From: the human T2T-CHM13v2.0 reference genome, Homo sapiens
Length of the DNA stretch: 64,000 nt
Assembly (NCBI RefSeq): GCF_009914755.1
Contig: NC_060927.1
Reading direction: 5' to 3' (one strand)
The position numbers and the translations under genes are program-made. Under the pieces are notes generated by a model. It ran no database searches. It was not told the DNA's origin and saw nothing but the letters and a program-made list of their open reading frames with translations. Numbering within the stretch: position 1 is the first letter of the stretch; each line of letters opens with the position of its first letter. Below are positions 54,990 through 64,000 of this stretch, piece by piece.

Positions 54990-55915
54990 ATTGATTCATG
55001 AATTTAATCATTATTCATTAAGCTGGTACCATGAGTAAGGTACCAAGCCAAATGCTGAGGATACAGCAGGGTATAAGATAGCTATGGAAGATAGAAAATT
55101 TAAATAAGTACCAACAATACAGTGAAAAGACTGGTATATCTGATCTAATCTGAAAGAGTTATGGAAGGCTTCCTGGATTAATGTTAAGGTCAGACCTAAA
55201 TCTGAATTGTAAATAGGAGTTAGGGAACTAAAATAGGGTGGGAAGAGTGCTCTAGACAGGAATAATAGTACTTGCAAATGCCTAAAAGTCAGTATTGTGT
55301 ATCATATAGAAAGATCAAAGAGATTATTATCTGATAATTATGGAGGCTGCAGTTGCAGACCAGTTGTTAGATAATAATCAAAGTGGACAGTAGAATGTTT
55401 TTATTAATTCAAAATATTTTTGAGTAGTCATTATGTGCCAGGTATTATTCTTGGTACTCGGGATATATCAATGAACAAAGCAAACAAAAGTCCCTGTTCT
55501 GATGAAGCTTATGTTCTAATACAGGGTGAAAGACAAATTACAGCAATCACAGCATAAATGATATGGTGCATTAGAACATGTTAAGTGCTATGGGTCTGGT
55601 GGACTGGGAGTCCAGATGGATGAGGGTTATTTTAAGTAGAGTAGTGAAGAATTGCCTCAGTGAGCTGGTGGTGATTGGGCAAAGACTTGAAAGAGAAGAG
55701 GAAGTGAGCTTTGCAATTACTAAGACAGAGCACATTCCAGCAGACAGAAGAGCCAGCACAAAAGCCCTGATAGGATTGTGACTGGTATGCTCTCAAACAG
55801 CAAGAAGCTGGGTATGGCAGAACAAGTAGGCAAAGGGGTGAGTAGTGTGAAATGAGGTCAGAGAGACAATGAGGGATGGAGGCAGACCTTGTGGGATCTT
55901 GTAGACTACTATGAG
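54990..55915 (-). mobile_element. L2 fragments
   Basis: tatgtgccaggtattattct, gcacaaaagccctga L2 signatures. Confidence 0.6.
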
Positions 55916-55927
55916 AGTTCATGATGA

Positions 55928-56955
55928 AGCAATTGCAATAGAAGCAAAAATTGACAAATGGGACCTAATTAAACTGAAGAGCTTCTGCACAGCAAAAGAA
56001 ACTATCAACAGAGTAAAGAGACAACTTACAGAATGGGAGAAAATCTTTGCAAACTATGCATCTGACAAAGGTCTAATATCCAGCATCTATAAGAAATTTA
56101 AATTTACAATTAAAAACAACCCTATTAAAAAGTGGGCAAAGGATGTGAACAGACAGTTCTCAAAAGAAGACATACATACCGCCAACAATCATATGAAAAA
56201 AAGCTAAACATCACTGATCATTAGAGAAATGCAAATCAAAATCACAATGAGATACCATCTCACACCAGTCAAAATGGCTATTATTAAAAACTCAAAAAAT
56301 TACAGCTGCTGGTGAGGTTGTGAAGAAAAAGGAGCACTTACAAACTGTTGGTGGGAGTGTAGAAAACAGTGTGGCAATTCCTCAAAGACCTAAAGACAGA
56401 AATATCATTCGAGCCAACAATTCCATTACTGGGTATATACCCAAAGGAATATAAATTATTCTATTATAAAGACACATGCATGCTTATGTCCATTGCAGCA
56501 CTATGCACAATAGCAAAGACATGGAATCAACCTAAATATTTGCCCATCAATGATAGACTGGACAAAGAAAATGTGGTACATATACAGCATGGAATACTAT
56601 GTAGCCATAAAAAAGAATGAGATCATGTTCTTTGCAGGCACGTGGATGGAGCTGGAGACCATTATCCTTAGCAAACTAACAAAGGGACAGAAAGCTAAAT
56701 ACTGCATGTTCTCACTTATAAGTGGGAGCTAAGATGAGAACACATGGACACATGGAGGGAAACACACTGGGGCCTATCAAAGGGTAGAGGGTGGTAGAGA
56801 AAGAGGATCAGGAAAAATAACTAATGGGTACTAGGCTCAATACCTGGGTGATAAAATAATCTGCACAACAAACCCCCATGATACATGTTTACCTGTGTAA
56901 CAAACTTGCATGTGTACCCCTGAACTTAAAAGTTTTTTTTTAAAAAAGAGAAAAA
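55928..56955 (+). mobile_element. 5'-truncated L1PA 3' end
   Basis: ORF2 C-terminal remnants ([19 protein letters not shown]), 3' UTR, A-rich tail. Confidence 0.9.
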
Positions 56956-57689
56956 TAGAAAAAATGGCATGGGTCTGAAATAATTTCTGCAGGTGGAGAC
57001 TGAGCCTGGCCTTGCATGAAAAAATAGATAACTGCCATGCAAATTTGAGGAAAGCCAAGTTCAAATAGACCATGAGGGCCAAATCAGCATAAATTTCTCT
57101 TCTTTCTCTAACTTACTTGTGTGGAAATGTGGAAAAAATAAACAGCCTCCCAGACTGAAGGATTTTGAAGGTTCATATTCTAGCTTTGGGAAAAAAGGTA
57201 ACAAGAAAGCAAGAGAGTTTAAAGCCATGGGAAAATACTCTGGGACAAGGATAGAGAAAGTACAGTGAAGCCAGGAAGACTCTAGTAGTTTAAATAAATA
57301 TTAAATGATGTGGCATAAAAATGTTAAATTCTATTGCAAATACCTAATGATTACTTATAATTTAATCTTTGATAATTTAGTCTTCAAAAAGATATTTTCC
57401 TTGGTTAAAATCATATTTGCTTTCTTCCTTAGGCAAAATAACTTTAGAGAGTATTTCTCTAGATGCTACCTACAAGTGCTGCCTAGATGCCCTCAGGTGG
57501 ATTCTCCTTCTGGTTCAGCAGTCAGTAGCTCAGCTGCAGGCACTTTCTTGTCCCCTTTGACTAAGTGGAAACTATGAAAGGTCTATAGTTTTTGAAAAAA
57601 GATGGATTTTCTCAAATTTGTAACCTAAACCACTTAAGAAGTTGAATTTAACTTCACAGATGGTTTTACAGGAAATAAAATATCAAGTG

Positions 57690-57785
57690 CTCACAAGGTT
57701 AAATTTCAGGAAAGCCTTCTTGGATACAAGATAAAGGCGGGGTGTAAAGTGAAAACAAAAGTAGCTGGAGTTAGGTCATTTGATT
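57690..57785 (+). promoter_or_regulatory. Putative ACKR4 proximal promoter
   Basis: Unique sequence upstream of exon 1 with AGATAA, GGCGGG, AAGTGAAA and AGGTCA motifs; motif evidence only. Confidence 0.4.
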
Positions 57786-57830
57786 TTATACTCTGTACTC
57801 AAGACTGCTCCTCTCTGCCGACTACAACAG
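57760..57830 (+). other. ACKR4: ACKR4 non-coding 5' exon (start approximate), spliced to the acceptor at 60896
   Basis: CAG|GTTGGT donor at 57830/57831; ctctttgccatctAG acceptor 9 nt before the ATG; the junction matches my recollection of the mRNA 5' UTR. Confidence 0.7.
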
Positions 57831-59537
57831 GTTGGTACTTTATTTCTTTTCTTATTCTGACTTGAATATTTTTTTAAGCCCAAAGATCTTGTATATTTAC
57901 TTATATAGATGGAGTCTTGATGCATAAAAGTTTAAATGCTTACTTGTAAAAAAAAAAAAAAGGGTTACTTGAAAATAGCTGTACAGTTTAACCTTAAATG
58001 AAAATCTTAATATAGCAAGAAGAAAATACGATTTTAAATGCCATTACTTGTCGGTAAAACTTTGTTAAGGAGAAAATAGGTTTTATTATACCACTTTTTT
58101 TCACTTTCTTTTACAAGTACTGATTTTTTTTTTATTCTCATGGTAATTATAAAGACACTTAAAAGCGTGTCTATATATCTGCCGGAAGGATCATTTCTGC
58201 AAATAATTCCATTTCTACTCTTTTTTACTCACATTTTTAGTAAGATTAATTCTTACTTAAAAATTCCCTTCCTTAATATATTATAATATTTGGCCATATT
58301 ATTTCTTATCATCAGGTTCAAGATTTTCTGATGAAAGAGAAAGGAAGAACAAGGTTCATACTGTGTTAATAATTAATGCATAAGAACATGAAGACCAGAG
58401 TAGTCTTCCAGATTGGAACTTTTTAAGTAACTTTAATGATAAAAAGAGTCATTTAAAAAAGTTGGCACCCGGTTTTTACATAATGAAAGCAATTCTTCTA
58501 TGTGGTGTCTTTCTTCAGAGCCTTCTTTTCTTTGCTATATTCATTCAAAAAAAGTTAGCAAACATAAGAACATTTCTTTTGAAAATGTACTATAAGTTGG
58601 CACACTGTTTTAAAAATAATATTTTCATTATTGATTCTATAAGAATATTTGAGATACTTCAGAGGACAAAAACAACCCAAGGAAAATAGAAAGGATAAGA
58701 AAAAGGAAAACAAAATTCAGCACTATAATAAAAACACTGAAAGTCATTATTTTATACATTCCAAAACTTACGAATTCTGTGCAAGCTTATCTTAATACTA
58801 CGGGGTGCTAGTAGCCAACATAGTGCAATAACAATGTTGACATAGAAGATTTCTGGCATACTATCTATCCATTCTAGAGTAACAGCTTTATACCTGTTGG
58901 CAAAAGCTTTAATTTGACAAATATTTACTGAGAAGCTACTTTGTGCCAGGCACATTAACAAGATTTTATTTACAAACACAAATCAAATAGGTCATGCTTT
59001 GAGGAACTTAAAACCTAGAGGAACAAGGTAGTATGGGAAACGCATCCTTTCCACAGAATGGATCAGTTCTCTGAGGGGTATGTAGAGATTGCTAATACAT
59101 CAGGAAAGTCTTCTGGGGAGGTCGCATCCGCGTTTATTGAGTAGGAATTGGCCCTTCCAGGGAAGGGCAGGAAATTGTATGGTAGATAAAGGAACAGAAT
59201 GAGCAATGATGTAGACAGATGCTGCTGCATGGTGGGTGCCAGCCCACTGCTGAGAAATTAGTCCTATCACTGTCTCTAGTGTGGACACAGAGTAGGGAGA
59301 GGTGGCAGGAGCCATGGATGGCACCACATTATGAAGGGAGCCTTGGGTGTTATGCTAAGGAGCTTGGATTGTGGCTTTCAGGTGAAGAGATGTGTCTTCC
59401 AGATGAGGAACAAAACAGAGGAGAGGTAGATTGGCAATTTAGAGATCAAATACTCTGGTGGAAGTAAGAAAAACGTTTTTGAAAAGGAGGTATTGAGGAG
59501 GAGTAACAACAGGCTATCAGTTAGAAAGATACTGCTT

Positions 59538-60043
<506 letters not shown>

Positions 60044-60904
60044 AGAAAGATATTGCAGTAGGCTAGGTGAGAAACATAATAGCTGAATTGTGCAAATGTG
60101 TGGAAGAGTGCAGATTAAGAGGAGAAGACAGATTCAAGACCTACTTGGAAGGCAGAATCAGAACTTGGGAACTGATTGGGAAGCAGGGATGAAGGTAAGA
60201 GAGAAGACAAGAATGAAGCAGGCTTACAGCTTAGATGATTAGAAGATAGTGGTGCTACTAAAAAACAGTATACAATAAGCAAGTAGTGACCAGTTTTGGA
60301 GGGAAGTTGGCTAAAGGAGATCTTGTTTTATAAAAGGCAACTAGTGAAATTTAGTGCAAATGCTGAGAGAATTTATTTAACTTATTTAAATTAAATTTAT
60401 AAATAACATCAAAATAAAAAATAAATTTAATTTAAATAAACCAAGTAATTTGCTATTTTCGTTTTTATTCAATTTGTTGTAGATATACTTTTACGATTCA
60501 CAAAATTATGTATGTAAAGATTATAACACTATTTATTCTTTTTAGTTAAAATCTAATTAAATTTTCATATTTTAAAAATCATTTTTACATAAAAGTCTTC
60601 ACTTTTATTTAGGATTTAATGATTAAGAAAATTCTCCAGGGCATTATGTTTATTGTCCTGTTCAAATCCAAGCTCTTTCACACAGAATTGTACAAGCAAA
60701 GTTTGAGTAACTAATCTTGGGGTCATATTCCAATGTGGCTCCCATTAAAGCATTTCAAAGAGTGCTAGATTCAGGCTCACATATGTTACAGCAACAGGCT
60801 ATACTCTAGGGAAAGAACAAAACAGCTTGATAAAAACTGTTTCCTTTTAAGCATATTTAGACAAATATCTATCCTGTATTCTCTTTGCCATCTAGATTGG
60901 AGCC

Positions 60905-61957
60905 ATGGCTTTGGAACAGAACCAGTCAACAGATTATTATTATGAGGAAAATGAAATGAATGGCACTTATGACTACAGTCAATATGAACTGATCTGTATC
61001 AAAGAAGATGTCAGAGAATTTGCAAAAGTTTTCCTCCCTGTATTCCTCACAATAGTTTTCGTCATTGGACTTGCAGGCAATTCCATGGTAGTGGCAATTT
61101 ATGCCTATTACAAGAAACAGAGAACCAAAACAGATGTGTACATCCTGAATTTGGCTGTAGCAGATTTACTCCTTCTATTCACTCTGCCTTTTTGGGCTGT
61201 TAATGCAGTTCATGGGTGGGTTTTAGGGAAAATAATGTGCAAAATAACTTCAGCCTTGTACACACTAAACTTTGTCTCTGGAATGCAGTTTCTGGCTTGT
61301 ATCAGCATAGACAGATATGTGGCAGTAACTAAAGTCCCCAGCCAATCAGGAGTGGGAAAACCATGCTGGATCATCTGTTTCTGTGTCTGGATGGCTGCCA
61401 TCTTGCTGAGCATACCCCAGCTGGTTTTTTATACAGTAAATGACAATGCTAGGTGCATTCCCATTTTCCCCCGCTACCTAGGAACATCAATGAAAGCATT
61501 GATTCAAATGCTAGAGATCTGCATTGGATTTGTAGTACCCTTTCTTATTATGGGGGTGTGCTACTTTATCACAGCAAGGACACTCATGAAGATGCCAAAC
61601 ATTAAAATATCTCGACCCCTAAAAGTTCTGCTCACAGTCGTTATAGTTTTCATTGTCACTCAACTGCCTTATAACATTGTCAAGTTCTGCCGAGCCATAG
61701 ACATCATCTACTCCCTGATCACCAGCTGCAACATGAGCAAACGCATGGACATCGCCATCCAAGTCACAGAAAGCATCGCACTCTTTCACAGCTGCCTCAA
61801 CCCAATCCTTTATGTTTTTATGGGAGCATCTTTCAAAAACTACGTTATGAAAGTGGCCAAGAAATATGGGTCCTGGAGAAGACAGAGACAAAGTGTGGAG
61901 GAGTTTCCTTTTGATTCTGAGGGTCCTACAGAGCCAACCAGTACTTTTAGCATTTAA
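60905..61957 (+). CDS. ACKR4: Atypical chemokine receptor 4 (CCRL1), 350-aa 7TM scavenger of CCL19/21/25
   Basis: Intact ORF, Kozak GCCATGG; acidic Tyr-rich N-terminus, [25 protein letters not shown] motifs; recognised sequence. Confidence 0.99.
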   Translation: MALEQNQSTDYYYEENEMNGTYDYSQYELICIKEDVREFAKVFLPVFLTIVFVIGLAGNSMVVAIYAYYKKQRTKTDVYILNLAVADLLLLFTLPFWAVNAVHGWVLGKIMCKITSALYTLNFVSGMQFLACISIDRYVAVTKVPSQSGVGKPCWIICFCVWMAAILLSIPQLVFYTVNDNARCIPIFPRYLGTSMKALIQMLEICIGFVVPFLIMGVCYFITARTLMKMPNIKISRPLKVLLTVVIVFIVTQLPYNIVKFCRAIDIIYSLITSCNMSKRMDIAIQVTESIALFHSCLNPILYVFMGASFKNYVMKVAKKYGSWRRQRQSVEEFPFDSEGPTEPTSTFSI

Positions 61958-63150
61958 AGGTAAAACTGCTCTGCCTTTTGCTTGGATACATATGAATGAT
62001 GCTTTCCCCTCAAATAAAACATCTGCATTATTCTGAAACTCAAATCTCAGACGCCGTGGTTGCAACTTATAATAAAGAATGGGTTGGGGGAAGGGGGAGA
62101 AATAAAAGCCAAGAAGAGGAAACAAGATAATAAATGTACAAAACATGAAAATTAAAATGAACAATATAGGAAAATAATTGTAACAGGCATAAGTGAATAA
62201 CACTCTGCTGTAACGAAGAAGAGCTTTGTGGTGATAATTTTGTATCTTGGTTGCAGTGGTGCTTATACAAATCTACACAAGTGATAAAATGACACAGAAC
62301 TATATACACACATTGTACCAATTTCAATTTCCTGGTTTTGACATTATAGTATAATTATGTAAGATGGAACCATTGGGGAAAACTGGGTGAAGGGTACCCA
62401 GGACCACTCTGTACCATCTTTGTAACTTCCTGTGAATTTATAATAATTTCAAAATAAAACAAGTTAAAAAAAAAACCCACTATGCTATAAGTTAGGCCAT
62501 CTAAAACAGATTATTAAAGAGGTTCATGTTAAAAGGCATTTATAATTATTTTTAATTATCTAAGTTTTAATACAAGAACGATTTCCCTGCATAATTTTAG
62601 TACTTGAATAAGTATGCAGCAGAACTCCAACTATCTTTTTTCCTGTTTTTTTTAAATTTGTAAGTAATTTTATAAAATCCACCTCCTCCAAAAAAGCAAT
62701 AAAAAAAAAACAAACTATAATAAGCTTTTCTGATTCTTTTCAAAACATTCCTGGTAAGTTCCTAAAGACATAATTTGCTTCTATGATGTCAACTTTCTTA
62801 CTAATAACTGGTTATCATGACAAATGTTAGGTTTATCATATATAGTCTAGGTGTAATCCTCAGACTATCATTTTCATCTGGGTTCCAATTTCTTAACTTC
62901 CTAAAGAATTCATCTGTTTATACAAGTCTACCACTGCCGATTGACTAAAAAATACATTATCCCATGCATAAAATGTCCTATTTTCATTTAAACACTTTAT
63001 TTTTGAGTAATAAAAATATGTACCACAATAAATTATTGTTAATTAACATGTACAGCTTATCTTTTTTAAAAAAATTTGCTGTAAATTATTATAATCCATG
63101 TAATATGCTCCTACTAAAATTAAATTTTGCTAGCAATTACATTGGTCAAA
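61958..63150 (+). other. ACKR4: ACKR4 3' UTR with several candidate poly(A) signals
   Basis: AATAAA at ~62013, 62071, 62101, 62453, 62698, 63009 and 63027, ATTAAA at 63119; actual end not determinable. Confidence 0.55.
62200..62475 (+). mobile_element. Ancient L1M 3'-end fragment in the ACKR4 3' UTR
   Basis: aagatggaaccattggggaaaactgggtgaaggg resembles the L1M 3' end at ~30440-30480; ends AATAAA plus an A-run. Confidence 0.72.
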
Positions 63151-63309
63151 AATAGTATGCACTAATGAATTTTATCTCTAAAACTACAAAAAATGACATG
63201 TTTTCTGCTCTTAAACATCACCTAACCAACATATGTTATTTTAAAATTACTTTTTCTTTCAACCACTATTTCTAAGTTTGAAAATGCTTTCACATGCAGA
63301 ATTAATTAA

Positions 63310-63610
63310 TTATTTTTTCATTTTTTTGAGACAGAGTTTCGCTCTTGTTGCCCAGGGTGAAGTACAGTGGTGCCATCTCAGCGCATGTCAACTTCCGCCA
63401 CCTGGGGTCAAGCAAATCTCCTGCCTCAGCCTCCTGAGTAGTTGGGATTACAGGTGCCTGTCACCACACCTGGCTAATTTTTGTATTTTTAGTAGAGACA
63501 GGGCTTCACCATGTTGGCCAGGTTGGTCTTGAACTCCTGGCCTCAGGTGATCCACCTGCCTCAGCCTCCCAAAGTGCTGGGATTACAGGTGTTAGCCACC
63601 GCACCTGGCC
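63310..63610 (-). mobile_element. Full-length Alu
   Basis: Antisense dimeric Alu; TSD cacatgcagaatt. Confidence 0.92.
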
Positions 63611-63736
63611 TACACATGCAGAATTTAAAGAATTATGATCATGAAACTGATCACTATGTATCATAGCAATATTCTAGCATAGCATCTGGAACAAAGGATC
63701 AGTGTGTTAGGTGAAAAAATTAGGCTGAACACTCAC

Positions 63737-63835
63737 CACTGCTCCACCATTTTTTGCCGTTAATTACATAGCTATCTTCATCTCGTTGGATGCTGCATTC
63801 AATATTCGTGGCATCACTTGAAGCTACATCAGGTT
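63737..63835 (-). CDS. ACAD11: ACAD11 internal exon (99 bp): (E)[32 protein letters not shown](G)
   Basis: Minus-strand tatAG acceptor and GTGAGT donor; translation contains the acyl-CoA dehydrogenase TEPxxxSD and NGxKxW motifs; phase 1/1 fits the next exon. Confidence 0.96.
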
Positions 63836-64000
63836 CTATAAATAAACAAAAGCTGAATTTACAGGCAGGCAGATATCATCAGTAGACTTAGATAAGGATA
63901 TGAAAACTTTAAAAACAAAGACATCGTTATCTTTTTCAATGTCCTTTCACTCCCCATTCCACCCTGCTTTTCCCATAACCTACACACAGTATTCAATAAA

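Noticed and set aside
61619-62203. 194-aa minus-strand ORF
   Set aside because: Antisense shadow of the ACKR4 CDS and UTR; non-ATG start, no recognisable domain

Overview
Primate (almost certainly human, chr3q22 by gene content) genomic DNA, repeat-rich. The minus strand carries the last eight coding exons of ACAD11 (acyl-CoA dehydrogenase 11; 63835 down to the stop at 19481). All have GT-AG junctions and consistent phases, and the protein ends in ...RLTAKI*. The plus strand carries ACKR4 (CCRL1, atypical chemokine receptor 4; single coding exon 60905-61957), nested antisense within the 23.7-kb ACAD11 intron 40064-63736. The rest is Alu, L1 (two with twin-priming 5' inversions), L2, MIR, ERV1/MaLR LTRs and DNA transposon remnants (MER85, MADE1, MER3/33-type). 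Repeat subfamily names come from recalled consensus sequences and need RepeatMasker/Dfam confirmation. I found no convincing novel gene system. The most unusual structures are: a ~1-kb locally templated insertion splitting an ERV1 LTR; a 32-bp-arm fold-back at the truncated 5' edge of the same LTR; an internally duplicated MADE1; an Alu monomer with a unique tail retroposed as one unit; and deeply nested LTR/Alu/piggyBac stacks.
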